This document shows positions 1 to 9,939 of a stretch of DNA of 64,000 nucleotides, one piece after another. Made by a program: the position numbers and the translations under genes. Origin of the DNA: a virus; IMG/VR virus record IMGVR_UViG_3300032116_015770; one strand, 5' to 3'. Numbering within the stretch: the stretch's first letter is position 1; each line of letters opens with the position of its first letter. The notes below the pieces were generated by a model. That model saw only the letters and a list, made by a program, of their open reading frames with translations. It was not told where the DNA came from and did not search any database.

Positions 1-126
1 GATAGAATATTTGGAAATAAAAAAAGAGAAAAAGCTTTAGATGAAATGATGAGAATTAGTGATGAGATAGGTGCTTATGTAGATGAACCTATTGATAATC
101 CTCTTATTAAAAAGATTCCGGAGTAG
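1..126 (+). CDS. 3' end of hypothetical protein (partial); stop codon lies inside tRNA-Trp
   Basis: Frame 1 is open from base 1 (DRIFGNKKREKALDEMMRISDEIGAYVDEPIDNPLIKKIPE) to TAG at 124-126. Confidence 0.6.
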   Translation, partial: DRIFGNKKREKALDEMMRISDEIGAYVDEPIDNPLIKKIPE

Positions 127-190
127 TATAATGGCAGTGCGGCGGTCTCCAAAACCGTTAGTGGGGGTTCGATTCCCTCCTCCGGAGCCA
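117..190 (+). tRNA. tRNA-Trp(CCA)
   Basis: Acceptor TCCGGAG/CTCCGGA, anticodon arm GCGGT-CTCCAAA-ACCGT, GGTTCGATTCC T-arm, encoded CCA. Confidence 0.95.
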
Positions 191-201
191 GAAAGGTTAA
201 C

Positions 202-459
202 ATGAAAGTTTATATCGGTGAATACTGGGTACCTTTTCCGTCATCTGAGTATGGTGGTATGTGGGCTGTTATAGCGGAAAATAAAGATCAGTGTATTGAA
301 ATGCTTAAAGGAACAGCTTTTTTTGGTAACGATTATGATTACTTAATTCCAGACGCTGTTGAAAAAGCTTGGGCACTAGTTCTTCATCCCGACTATGATA
401 AACATGGTCAGAAACCTGGTATACTAAAACCGGAAATTATTGAAACATTTTTTACATAA
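202..459 (+). CDS. hypothetical phage protein
   Basis: ORF between two tRNAs with AAAGG SD-like site. Confidence 0.6.
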   Translation: MKVYIGEYWVPFPSSEYGGMWAVIAENKDQCIEMLKGTAFFGNDYDYLIPDAVEKAWALVLHPDYDKHGQKPGILKPEIIETFFT

Positions 460-461
460 AC

Positions 462-535
462 GCGGAGTTCGTATAGTGGTAATACCTTAGCCTTCCAAGC
501 TAAAGCGAGGAGTTCGATTCTCCTACTCCGCTCCA
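462..535 (+). tRNA. tRNA-Gly(TCC)
   Basis: Acceptor GCGGAGT/ACTCCGC, anticodon arm TTAGC-CTTCCAA-GCTAA, T-arm, CCA. Confidence 0.95.
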
Positions 536-548
536 ATAAGGAGTAATC

Positions 549-1022
549 GTGCGTAGACAGTTAGATATCGAAGAAGTAAAAGCTTTTATTGATAAGCAAA
601 GCCCTGAAACAAAAATTTACATTGGTGCTGATTCTGATCGATATAAAGTAGGTAAAATATGGTACGCAGATTACACATTAGCAGTAGTAGTTCATATTGA
701 TGGTAGACATGGTTGTAAAATTTTTGGAGAGGTACAAACAGAAGTAGATTATGATGCTAAAGCAAGTAAACCGTCATTACGTTTAATGAATGAAGTTTAC
801 AAAGTAGCAGAGATGTATCAGAAGTTAGTAGACGTAATCGGGGACCGGAATGTAGAGATACATCTGGATATTAATCCCGATGAACACTATAATAGTAGTA
901 TTGTTATACAACAAGCCGTAGGTTATATTAGAGGTGTATGTAACGTAGTGCCTCTTGTTAAACCTAATGCATTTGCAGCAAGTTACGCTGCAGATAGGCT
1001 TAAAGAGTTGTTAGCAGCATAA
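549..1022 (+). CDS. RNase H-like YkuK-family protein
   Basis: IYIGADS, EIHLDIN and AASYAADR motifs; GTG start after AAGGAG. Confidence 0.8.
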   Translation: MRRQLDIEEVKAFIDKQSPETKIYIGADSDRYKVGKIWYADYTLAVVVHIDGRHGCKIFGEVQTEVDYDAKASKPSLRLMNEVYKVAEMYQKLVDVIGDRNVEIHLDINPDEHYNSSIVIQQAVGYIRGVCNVVPLVKPNAFAASYAADRLKELLAA

Positions 1023-1098
1023 GCCGGTTTAGCTCATCAGGTAGAGCAGTTGATTTGTAATCATCAGGTGGTGGGTTCGAGTCCTGCAACCGGCACCA
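1023..1098 (+). tRNA. tRNA-Thr(TGT)
   Basis: Acceptor GCCGGTT/AACCGGC, anticodon loop TTTGTAA, GGTTCGAGTCC, ACCA. Confidence 0.95.
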
Positions 1099-1100
1099 AT

Positions 1101-1184
1101 GCCCGGGTGGTGAAATGGTAGACACAAAGGACTTAAAATCCTTCGCCGAAAGGCGTGCCGGTTCGAGTCCGGCTCCGGGTACCA
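1101..1184 (+). tRNA. tRNA-Leu(TAA)
   Basis: GCCCGGG acceptor, arm AAGGA-CTTAAAA-TCCTT, long variable arm CGCCGAAAGGCG, ACCA. Confidence 0.95.
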
Positions 1185-1203
1185 TTTACATTAAGGAGAT
1201 ATT

Positions 1204-1638
1204 ATGAGTAGTTTAAAAGGAACTAAAACTGCAGAATGTTTGAAAGAAGCTTTTGCGGGTGAATCGATGGCTAACCGCCGTTATTTGTATTTTGCAAACC
1301 AATGTGACATTGCAGGTGAGAATGATCTAGCAGCATTGTTCCGTTCTACAGCTGAAGGTGAAACTGGTCACGCCCATGGTCATATGGAGTACTTGATTGA
1401 GGGTGGAGCTGGTGAACCTGGTACCAGCATGCCAGCAAAGAATGCCCGTCAAATGCTAGAAGCAGCTATTGCAGGAGAGACACATGAGTATTCAGACATG
1501 TATCCTGGTATGGCTAAAACTGCACGTGAAGAAGGTTTTGATGAAGTAGCCGACTGGTTTGAGACATTAGCTAAAGCAGAACGTAGTCATGCTAATCGTT
1601 ATCAAAAAGCTTTGGATAAACACTTGTCAGATACTTAA
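1204..1638 (+). CDS. rbr: rubrerythrin (short form, no rubredoxin domain)
   Basis: LKGTKT..AFAGES..NRRY; diiron ExxH motifs ETGHA and ERSHA; [13 protein letters not shown]. Confidence 0.92.
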   Translation: MSSLKGTKTAECLKEAFAGESMANRRYLYFANQCDIAGENDLAALFRSTAEGETGHAHGHMEYLIEGGAGEPGTSMPAKNARQMLEAAIAGETHEYSDMYPGMAKTAREEGFDEVADWFETLAKAERSHANRYQKALDKHLSDT

Positions 1639-1642
1639 AGTT

Positions 1643-1666
1643 AATGGGCCGAAAGGCCCATTTTTT
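1643..1666 (+). terminator. rho-independent terminator
   Basis: AATGGGCC-GAAA-GGCCCATT followed by T run. Confidence 0.85.
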
Positions 1667-1669
1667 AAA

Positions 1670-2515
1670 ATGAACTTATCTAATCCTCTTTCTTTAAAAG
1701 AATCTATTTTTTCTGATGACCTGAAAAAATATTTTGGTGACGAATTCTCGCAGTTCGAAAAAAACTTTTTTGCAGAACTTGTTAACTATCTATATGTAGG
1801 GGAATATCAAGCCACTTTAGTTTACTCACTTATTTCTGAAAACATTAAAAACAAAAATTATTTAAGTGATATTAATACTATCGGTTTAGACCACATTACA
1901 ACCCTACAACATTTCTTACAAGAGATGAGTGAAGAGGAACGTGGTCATTCATTATTGTTAGAAGATTTTTTATCTAAAAAAATTAATTTCAATATTACAA
2001 AAGAGCGAAAACAATATCTGGAAGATTTTTCTAAAGAATTCGTCGATCGATATCCATTATTGGATGTGCTGCTTTTCTACCATCTCGGTGAATGTAACTT
2101 TTGGACATGTCTGTATTTGATCTATAAACATACACAAGATGAGGATATTAAGAAGTTTTTTCATAAACTCTTAATAGATGAGTCTAAACATTTCCATAAC
2201 ATATTTCGCTTCTTTAAACTAGCAAAAAATAATATTAAAATTAATGAAAGCAATTTTTTATATGTATGTAATGTATTTAAATTTTGCAATCTTGAATATA
2301 TAATTTCTCTCTTTCAACTACCTAACAATAACTCTGAAAAAGATATATTCTTTAATAAATTAGTTTATAATCAAGAATGGCAAAAAGCTTTTAACGAAAT
2401 CTTTATGAAAAAAAGCTTTAAAACATATAATTTACTCTTTCCAGCTGAAACATTTGAAAGCTACTTTAACAAGGTCAATGGTAGTCACAGTGAATGGTTA
2501 TACTTAAAAAAATAA
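1670..2515 (+). CDS. ferritin-like diiron protein
   Basis: E...ExxH pairs (GEY, EERGH, GEC, DESKH); start placed at the ATG after the terminator. Confidence 0.6.
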   Translation: MNLSNPLSLKESIFSDDLKKYFGDEFSQFEKNFFAELVNYLYVGEYQATLVYSLISENIKNKNYLSDINTIGLDHITTLQHFLQEMSEEERGHSLLLEDFLSKKINFNITKERKQYLEDFSKEFVDRYPLLDVLLFYHLGECNFWTCLYLIYKHTQDEDIKKFFHKLLIDESKHFHNIFRFFKLAKNNIKINESNFLYVCNVFKFCNLEYIISLFQLPNNNSEKDIFFNKLVYNQEWQKAFNEIFMKKSFKTYNLLFPAETFESYFNKVNGSHSEWLYLKK

Positions 2516-2521
2516 ATTAAG

Positions 2522-2550
2522 TGGCGCTTTTCTTGTTGCCTATATATAAT
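2522..2550 (+). promoter_or_regulatory. sigma70-type promoter for the glycosylation island
   Basis: TGGCGC-17 nt-TATAAT, then GAGGAGG SD and ATG 2569. Confidence 0.5.
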
Positions 2551-2568
2551 GTAGTGAGGAGGAGCTTA

Positions 2569-3252
2569 ATGAAAGTAGAATTTAATTCCCTGCATTGGGA
2601 CAACGTCAATAAAGATATGTTAGATGCTCATAAGTCAGTTATGAAGCATTTTGACATACCTGTCAATTACCATAACCTTAATTGGAATCATGGCACCTGG
2701 ATGCAGGTGATTCATAGTGAATCTAAATCAGATGTAGTAGTAACTATTGAACCAGATTGTGTTATACTAGATAAGCAAAAAGTTTTGGACATTATTAGAT
2801 ACGCGTATAAGAATAATACGTTTGTAGGTATCGCACAAGTATCCAATCATATACCACCTAAAAGTCACATCTATGCAGCACCAGGTTTCTACGTGATGCC
2901 TACCAAACTTTATAATGAATTAAACTGCCCTTCATTTACAGAAACATATCGATCAGATACAGCAGAAGAAATAAGTTATATTGCAGAAGAAAAAGGCATT
3001 CGTTACCGGGCATTACGACCAACTTACTTTGAAGGGGAACCTGGTGAGGGGTTATGGCCCTTAAGTAACCTTGGTTACTACGGTATTGGTACAGTCTTTG
3101 AAGATACCGTCTATCATCTTTATCAGTCACGTATGGCTCAAAATATTGAGTTATTTGTTAAGCGATGTAGTGAAATTATTAACAATACCTTCTCAACCGA
3201 ACATATGACATCTTCAACAACGTTTAACTACAAAGGAAAAATAGTTAGATGA
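2569..3252 (+). CDS. putative glycosyltransferase (GT-A-like)
   Basis: DVVVTIEPDC DxD-like motif; first gene of the GT cluster; strong SD. Confidence 0.55.
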   Translation: MKVEFNSLHWDNVNKDMLDAHKSVMKHFDIPVNYHNLNWNHGTWMQVIHSESKSDVVVTIEPDCVILDKQKVLDIIRYAYKNNTFVGIAQVSNHIPPKSHIYAAPGFYVMPTKLYNELNCPSFTETYRSDTAEEISYIAEEKGIRYRALRPTYFEGEPGEGLWPLSNLGYYGIGTVFEDTVYHLYQSRMAQNIELFVKRCSEIINNTFSTEHMTSSTTFNYKGKIVR

Positions 3253-4199
3253 AAATTTTATTTCATGCTAATACATTAAACTACAGGGGTACAACTGTTG
3301 CCATAACAGACTATGCTCGCTACAATCAGGAAATATTTGGTAATGAATCTGTCATAGCTTACAATCATAGCCTAGGTTATGAGAAAGATATGGGTTCAGA
3401 GCAAGCAGTTATTGATCGTCTTAAAAAAGACTTTAATGTAATTGGGTATAGAGAAGGCGATTTAGAAGCTATTATTTCTAAAGAGCAAATTGATCTCGCT
3501 TACTTTATTCGTTCAGGGCAAAAAGAACCTTTACCAACTAACTGTAAGACTGCAGTACATTCGGTATTTCAGTTTAATCAACCTCATGGAGATAGGTATG
3601 CGTATATCTCTAAATGGTTATCTGATGAGATGTCACAGGGAGAGATACCTTACGTACCACATATTGTTAAGTTACCAGAACCTAATGGGGACTTTAAAGG
3701 GTACTTAGATATTCCTAAAGATAAAATAGTGATTGGTAGGTATGGTGGTTACTTTACATTTGATATTGAGTCTGTTAGAGATAGTATTCTCAAATTAGTT
3801 AATACTGACGACCGTTATGTATTTTTATTTGTAGGTACCCAGCCTTTTTCAGATCACCCTAACATTAAGTTCATTAACGAAATTCACGATCTACAGAAGA
3901 AAGCTAATTTCATTAATACATGTGATGCAATGATACATGCAAGATATAGAGGTGAGTCTTTTGGACTATCTATTGCAGAATTTCTGTATCTAAACAAACC
4001 GGTAATTGCATGGAATGGTGGTCATGACAAAAACCATTTAGATATGTTAAAAAATAGCGATACCTTATATAATAATGAGGATGACTTCTTTTATATCTTA
4101 AAAAATATTAAAGACATTAAACAAGACTGGACTCAAAGAGTAGCAGAGTTTAGTCCAGACAAGGTGATGAAAAAATTTAATGAGGTATTTTTATGCTAG
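3249..4199 (+). CDS. GT-B (GT4-like) glycosyltransferase
   Basis: GESFGLSIAEF Ex7E motif, KPVIA; N-terminal KILFH..RGT. Confidence 0.85.
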   Translation: MKILFHANTLNYRGTTVAITDYARYNQEIFGNESVIAYNHSLGYEKDMGSEQAVIDRLKKDFNVIGYREGDLEAIISKEQIDLAYFIRSGQKEPLPTNCKTAVHSVFQFNQPHGDRYAYISKWLSDEMSQGEIPYVPHIVKLPEPNGDFKGYLDIPKDKIVIGRYGGYFTFDIESVRDSILKLVNTDDRYVFLFVGTQPFSDHPNIKFINEIHDLQKKANFINTCDAMIHARYRGESFGLSIAEFLYLNKPVIAWNGGHDKNHLDMLKNSDTLYNNEDDFFYILKNIKDIKQDWTQRVAEFSPDKVMKKFNEVFLC

Positions 4200-4654
4200 T
4201 GTTTAAACGAGTAACCACCCCTGCAGAAGCTGAGATATTGCGTACTATTCGTAATGAATGTAAAGACTACATGACACGTAGTACGGAATATATTACTCCT
4301 GAGCAGCAGGCTGAGTGGTTTAAAACTGCGTTTAAAAAATATGAACTATATATTGCTTATGCTATCGAGCATGGTGCGGTTGTAGTTAATGCAGGGTTTG
4401 GTGTCATACATTTAGAAGAAGATCAATACCTCCTTACAGGAGGTTTGACACCAGACTATAGAGATAAGGGTTTAGGAACACCTTTATTTAAGTTCTTGAT
4501 CGATAATTGTAATAAACAACTACCTATAAGACTAGAAGTTCTTAAAACAAATACGCGTGCTCTTAAAACATACGAGAAGCTAGGGTTTGTTACAACAGGT
4601 GAGGTGAACGATAGAATCTTTTCTATGGAGTACAGGTATGATTCCGTTATTTAA
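4193..4654 (+). CDS. GNAT family acetyltransferase
   Basis: PDYRDKGLG acetyl-CoA motif; LEVLKTNTRALKTYEKLGF. Confidence 0.88.
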   Translation: MLVFKRVTTPAEAEILRTIRNECKDYMTRSTEYITPEQQAEWFKTAFKKYELYIAYAIEHGAVVVNAGFGVIHLEEDQYLLTGGLTPDYRDKGLGTPLFKFLIDNCNKQLPIRLEVLKTNTRALKTYEKLGFVTTGEVNDRIFSMEYRYDSVI

Positions 4655-5711
4655 AGTCGGTATGTCAGACAAAGCAGCTGACAAGGTTGCTAAGGTATTA
4701 AGCTCAGGATTCGTAGGGCAAGGGCCAGTAGTAGAAGAGTTTGAAGATCTACTTCAGAAAGAATTAAAGTGTAAAACCAGACCGGTAACAGTTAACTCCT
4801 GTACATCGGCAATTGATCTTGCTTTAGAACTTTGTAAAGTTGAACCCGGTGATGAGGTTATTACAACACCTCAAACTTGCTTTGCATCTAACGTTCACAT
4901 TATTCATCGCAAAGCTAGAATTCGCTGGGCTGATATAGACCCTATTACAGGTCTTATTGATCCCGAATCTGTTAAAAAGCTAATCACAGATAAAACAAAA
5001 GCCATTGTAGCAGTTAACTGGGCTGGTAAATTTTGTGACTATAGTACACTTAAAACATTTGGTGTACCTGTAATTGAAGATGCTGCACATTGCTGGGATG
5101 TATTCAACGATAAAGATGTTGTACGTGGTGATTACATCTGTTATAGTTTTCAAGCAATCAAGTTTTTGACTACAGCAGATGGAGGTATTCTAATTTGCCC
5201 TGCAGATAAAGAAGCTGATGCAAGAATTTTAAGGTGGTATGGACTAGACCGTACTAAAAATGAATCCTTCAGATGTACGCAAAACATTACACAGGTAGGT
5301 TTCAAATATCATATGAATGATGTTAATGCATCCATTGGTATTACAAATATACCTGAAGCTAGAAACTCTGTACTAGCTAGTAGACTAAACTCTTATGATT
5401 ATATTAACAGGGTTAAAAATGAATTACTAACCCTACCCACTTGGGATGAGACATGCTCCTACTGGTTATTCAGCATGCATGTAAAAGCAGGTCACAAAGA
5501 CAGGTTTACAAAATATCTTCAAGATAATGGCATAGCATCAAGCCCAGTTCATTTTAGAAATGATCATTACGATAGCACTATTCACTTCAGCGAAGGTATT
5601 CTACCAGGTGTAGATTCTTTTACTGATACTCAGATATGTATTCCTAATGGGTGGTGGGTATCGTCACAAGATAAAGAACACATTATTTATACACTGAACA
5701 ATTTTAAATGA
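4638..5711 (+). CDS. DegT/DnrJ/EryC1/StrS PLP-dependent sugar aminotransferase
   Basis: NSCTSA, PGDEVITTP, IEDAAH, SFQAIK (PLP lysine), GFKYHMND. Confidence 0.93.
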   Translation: MIPLFKVGMSDKAADKVAKVLSSGFVGQGPVVEEFEDLLQKELKCKTRPVTVNSCTSAIDLALELCKVEPGDEVITTPQTCFASNVHIIHRKARIRWADIDPITGLIDPESVKKLITDKTKAIVAVNWAGKFCDYSTLKTFGVPVIEDAAHCWDVFNDKDVVRGDYICYSFQAIKFLTTADGGILICPADKEADARILRWYGLDRTKNESFRCTQNITQVGFKYHMNDVNASIGITNIPEARNSVLASRLNSYDYINRVKNELLTLPTWDETCSYWLFSMHVKAGHKDRFTKYLQDNGIASSPVHFRNDHYDSTIHFSEGILPGVDSFTDTQICIPNGWWVSSQDKEHIIYTLNNFK

Positions 5712-6589
5712 ATATATTGATCATAGGTGGGCACGGATACATCGGAAGTGCTTTAACCAAATACTTTCATGATAAAAATATTTCTGCTATACCTATAGGT
5801 AAAAGAGACGATGATTACAATAACCTATCACCAGAGTTTTTAAATCAATTTACACATATAATTTTACTAGCAGGCCATTCTAGTGTACAGATGTGTATTG
5901 GAGATTTGTCCTCTCCATGGAATAATAATGTTCGCAACTTTGACAATCTCTTAAAGAAAATTAATCCTAGCATCCCGGTTATCTACGCAAGCAGCTCATC
6001 TGTTTACGGTAATAGAAACGAAAAGATTTACGTAGAGTCCGATACCTCGTTTGATTATGTAAACAACTACGATCTTACTAAATCAGCTTTAGATTTGTTA
6101 GCAATTAAACATATGGCTGAAGGTAGATACATTACGGGATTAAGATTCGGTACTGTAAACGGTGTATCTAGTACTTTAAGAATTGACCTAATGATTAACT
6201 CTATGGTTTGGTCTTCGTATCTAAGAAGACAAGTTTTCATAAGCAATAAAGAAATTAACAGACCTATTTTGGGTATCAATGACCTTTGTAATGCTGTAAA
6301 TGCAATTGTAGTGGATAAACCTAGCTCAGGAATATACAATCTTTCTTCTTTTAATACAACAGTAGAAGATGTAGCTAAAAAAGTATGTACCATTACAGAC
6401 GCGCAGCTGGTTGATTTAGGTAGTACATCTCACCCTTACAACTTTTCTATAAACTCCGATAAGTTTAAATATAGGTATAATTTTCAATTTTTAGAAACAG
6501 AAGAAGAAATTATTCTCAACTTAATTAATAATATCAGACAAGATAAATGTAACCCAGTAAAACGAGACAGTTATTTTAAATATGATTGA
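5708..6589 (+). CDS. NAD-dependent sugar epimerase/dehydratase/reductase (extended SDR)
   Basis: GGHGYIG Rossmann motif, YASSSSVYG, YDLTK (YxxxK), LRFGTV. Confidence 0.9.
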   Translation: MNILIIGGHGYIGSALTKYFHDKNISAIPIGKRDDDYNNLSPEFLNQFTHIILLAGHSSVQMCIGDLSSPWNNNVRNFDNLLKKINPSIPVIYASSSSVYGNRNEKIYVESDTSFDYVNNYDLTKSALDLLAIKHMAEGRYITGLRFGTVNGVSSTLRIDLMINSMVWSSYLRRQVFISNKEINRPILGINDLCNAVNAIVVDKPSSGIYNLSSFNTTVEDVAKKVCTITDAQLVDLGSTSHPYNFSINSDKFKYRYNFQFLETEEEIILNLINNIRQDKCNPVKRDSYFKYD

Positions 6590-8480
6590 TTACCTTATTG
6601 TAATTTACAACAATTATGATCTTTTAGATCTTCAAGTTAAAAACTTTAAGACTAGATTACCAAAGAAAGATTATAGGTTAATCGTTGTAGATAACACACC
6701 AAACGAAAATAAACAAACTATTGATGTCGACCCTATCATCGATAAACTAGTTTTATTAGATAGTGTTCCTACATTTGATGGTGTATCTCACGGCCATGCT
6801 ATTAATGAAGGGTTAAAGCATTGTACTTCCGATATTGTTGGTATTATTGATTCCGATTTCTTCTTCCTGTCCAATAATATTCATGAGTATGTTTTTAAGA
6901 AGTTTGCTGAGGGGTATCAAGCTGTAGGCTGCGAGTACAATGATGGTAAAGATACTAAAGCCTGGGTCAATATTAACCCTAAGAACTTCGAAAATATTCC
7001 TTGCTGCTTTGGTGCTTACTATACTAGAGAATTAGCTACTAGTCAAAGCTGGGTAATTACCCCGGAAGAAGTTAATACAAATAAAGCTGAAGGTTTCGTT
7101 GAGGTAGGTTATAGAATTAGAAAACACATTCTAGATAATAATATTAAAACCTTAAACTGGAAGACAGACTCTCAAAACTATGGTTGTTGTTATTTTAAAA
7201 ACGACGACAATGAAATAATGGGTATACATTACGTAGCCGGGTCTCATAGACGTTGGAATGAATCTTCTAAAGAAGAGGTTAGTAATATTATTAGTGTTGA
7301 CCACAATAACTGTGAAGAGCTTACACATTGTTTATGTTGTAATGGTACAAATCTAGAAAAAATACTGGATCTCAATAATCAACCTCTAGCTAATAGCTAC
7401 TTAAATTATATTAACGAAGCTGAATGGGTGTATCCTCTAGCTATCAACTACTGCCACGACTGTACTCACATACAACTTACTCATTCAGTTAACCCTGATT
7501 TACTATTTAAAAATTATCTGTACGTTAGTGGTACAACAAAGACACTTAAAGATTATTTTGATTGGTTTGTAGATTTTTCTAAGCAATACGTTGATGGTAA
7601 GACTGTTCTTGATATTGCTTGTAATGATGGCACGCAATTAGATTCATTTAAAGTAAAGGGATATAGTACTTTTGGCATTGACCCTGCTGTGAACTTATAT
7701 CCACTAAGCTCTAAAAACCATAATATCGTCTGTGACTATCTTACAGAAGATTCTATAGGTAAGTTGAATACTAAGTTTGATATAATTATTGCACAAAACG
7801 TATTTGCACATAATACTTACCCTAAAGAGTTTTTAGAGATATGTAAGAATAATTTGTCAGATAATGGTAGAATTTTCATTCAGACTTCTCAAGCTAATAT
7901 GGTAAGGAATAACGAATTCGATACTATCTATCATGAGCATATCTCTTTCTTTAGTGAGAAATCATTTCATGCATTAGCTAAAAGGGCAGGGTTAAAACTT
8001 ATTGATATACAGAGAACACCTGTACACGGTACTAGTTTTGTTTTCGTCTTAGGTAAAGAATCTTCCGAGGCTTCATATACCCCTGAAGAGGATCTAACAT
8101 ACTTTAAGATGTTAAGGTATGCAAAAAATTGTAAAGAAATAGCTCAAGCTACTTCGGATAAGATTCTACAATTAAAGAGAGACGGTTACAAGATGATTGG
8201 TTATGGTGCAGCAGCTAAAGGTAATACATTCTTAAATTTTGCAAAGTTTAACTTAGATTATATTGTAGATGATAATCCTCTTAAGCAAGGTCTGTATTCA
8301 CCCGGGTCAAAGATTTTAATTAAACATCCAGATGCTATATTGCAGGAAGAAACAAAAGTATGTATTGTGCCTCTGGCATGGAACTTCTTTGATGAGATAC
8401 GAACTAAAGTATTGAACCGTAAGAGTAAAGACGTTATATTTCTTAGATATTTTCCTGAAGTAAAGATATTAGAAAATTAA
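6582..8480 (+). CDS. fusion of GT2-like domain and NDP-hexose C-methyltransferase
   Basis: N-half IVVDN, IIDSD; C-half CLCC..CHDC Zn site, LDIACNDG SAM motif, FDTIYHEH, GYGAAAKG, PLAWNF. Confidence 0.85.
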   Translation: MIDYLIVIYNNYDLLDLQVKNFKTRLPKKDYRLIVVDNTPNENKQTIDVDPIIDKLVLLDSVPTFDGVSHGHAINEGLKHCTSDIVGIIDSDFFFLSNNIHEYVFKKFAEGYQAVGCEYNDGKDTKAWVNINPKNFENIPCCFGAYYTRELATSQSWVITPEEVNTNKAEGFVEVGYRIRKHILDNNIKTLNWKTDSQNYGCCYFKNDDNEIMGIHYVAGSHRRWNESSKEEVSNIISVDHNNCEELTHCLCCNGTNLEKILDLNNQPLANSYLNYINEAEWVYPLAINYCHDCTHIQLTHSVNPDLLFKNYLYVSGTTKTLKDYFDWFVDFSKQYVDGKTVLDIACNDGTQLDSFKVKGYSTFGIDPAVNLYPLSSKNHNIVCDYLTEDSIGKLNTKFDIIIAQNVFAHNTYPKEFLEICKNNLSDNGRIFIQTSQANMVRNNEFDTIYHEHISFFSEKSFHALAKRAGLKLIDIQRTPVHGTSFVFVLGKESSEASYTPEEDLTYFKMLRYAKNCKEIAQATSDKILQLKRDGYKMIGYGAAAKGNTFLNFAKFNLDYIVDDNPLKQGLYSPGSKILIKHPDAILQEETKVCIVPLAWNFFDEIRTKVLNRKSKDVIFLRYFPEVKILEN

Positions 8481-8482
8481 TT

Positions 8483-9190
8483 ATGTACAGAACTATTATT
8501 ACTCATTTTTATAACGAAGAGTATCTCTTACCCTGGTGGTTAAATCATCATAAGAAATACTTTTATCACGGTATCTTAATTGACTACGCATCTACAGATC
8601 GGTCAGTTGAAATCATCAAACAGATATGTCCTGACTGGACAATCATCCCGTCTAGAAATGAAATGTTTGATGCTAGGTTGATTGACGAAGAAGTAATGGA
8701 TATTGAAAAAAATATTGATGGCTGGCGTATTTGTCTAAACACTACTGAATTTATTAGAGGTAATTTTGATATTTTAGACAAAGCGTCGGCTGATTCTTTT
8801 ATCCTGCCTTGTCATACTATGGTAGATAAAGATCCATTGACGCAGCCTAATCATAACTTATCATTAGTAGAACAAAAACCTCATGGTATTAAGTATAACT
8901 CTACCCCTGGTTTTAAAAATAGAAGACCAAGGTGTATTCATAAACAAAAAAATATAAAATACCCGTTAGGTAGACATTACGATACAGACCCCACTACAGA
9001 TGAACTTGAAATTCTTTGGTATGGTTGGTCACCGTTTAATGAGCAGACTTTAACTCGTAAACTACAAATCCAGACACGTATACCTGAAAGCGACAAAGCA
9101 CAAGGGTTTGGTAGAGAGCATATTACTACACGAGATAGACTTTACCATGAATTTTACACCAACTACTTTTCTAAAGCTGAGGTAGTTTAA
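8483..9190 (+). CDS. GT2-like glycosyltransferase
   Basis: FYNEEYLLPWWLNHH, IDYASTDRS. Confidence 0.75.
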   Translation: MYRTIITHFYNEEYLLPWWLNHHKKYFYHGILIDYASTDRSVEIIKQICPDWTIIPSRNEMFDARLIDEEVMDIEKNIDGWRICLNTTEFIRGNFDILDKASADSFILPCHTMVDKDPLTQPNHNLSLVEQKPHGIKYNSTPGFKNRRPRCIHKQKNIKYPLGRHYDTDPTTDELEILWYGWSPFNEQTLTRKLQIQTRIPESDKAQGFGREHITTRDRLYHEFYTNYFSKAEVV

Positions 9191-9915
9191 TGCCTAGATT
9201 TTCTATAGTATGCCCTGTATACAGAATGAAAGATAACTTGAATGAAAAGTTTCTTATTCAGTATCTTTCAAACTTATCTGAGCAAACATTTAAAGATTTT
9301 GAAGTAGTTATTTCAGATCAAAGCACGGATGACTCAAATTTAGACATTGTTAAAGTTTTTGAAAAAGTTTTAGATATAACATACGTTAGGAATACTTCTA
9401 ATGTAAAGAATGCAGCTAATAATGTCAATCATGGAATTAAATATGCTAAAGGAGAACTTTTAAAACTACTTTACATGGATGATTTTTTTGTTAATCAAAA
9501 TGCTCTGCATATTATAAACGAAAATTTTAAAAACAATCCTAATAACAAGTGGTTAATTTCAGGTTTTATACACTGCTCAGAAGATAAATCAAAATATTAC
9601 GATGCTAGGCTTCCATGGTATGGTAATAAGCATGTGAATGGTGATAACACAACAGGTAATCCATCCAACTATACTGTTAGACGAGAATGTGCGTTAGAGA
9701 TGGATGAAAACTTAGTATGGATAGTAGATGGTGAATATTTCTATCGTTCTTATTATCATTACGGTGATCCAATTCTACTTAATGAAATTTTAGTTTGTTT
9801 TAGAGATCATGGCGACTCAGCATTTAGGAGACCTGACTTAAGAGAGCTAGACGCAAAGGAGAGACAGTACTGTATTGACAAATATAATGGAGTAGTTGAG
9901 CATAAACTTATATAA
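9190..9915 (+). CDS. GT2 glycosyltransferase
   Basis: FSIVCPVY, QTFKDFEVVISDQSTD, AKGE..LYMDD. Confidence 0.9.
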   Translation: MPRFSIVCPVYRMKDNLNEKFLIQYLSNLSEQTFKDFEVVISDQSTDDSNLDIVKVFEKVLDITYVRNTSNVKNAANNVNHGIKYAKGELLKLLYMDDFFVNQNALHIINENFKNNPNNKWLISGFIHCSEDKSKYYDARLPWYGNKHVNGDNTTGNPSNYTVRRECALEMDENLVWIVDGEYFYRSYYHYGDPILLNEILVCFRDHGDSAFRRPDLRELDAKERQYCIDKYNGVVEHKLI

Positions 9916-9939
9916 TTTACTTTTTGTGGTATTTTAATT

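Noticed and set aside
117-1184. tRNAs as prophage attachment sites
   Set aside because: No integrase or duplicated tRNA 3' end was seen; the context is a lytic T4-like genome
1000-1185. 61-aa minus-strand ORF
   Set aside because: It is the antisense shadow of tRNA-Thr and tRNA-Leu
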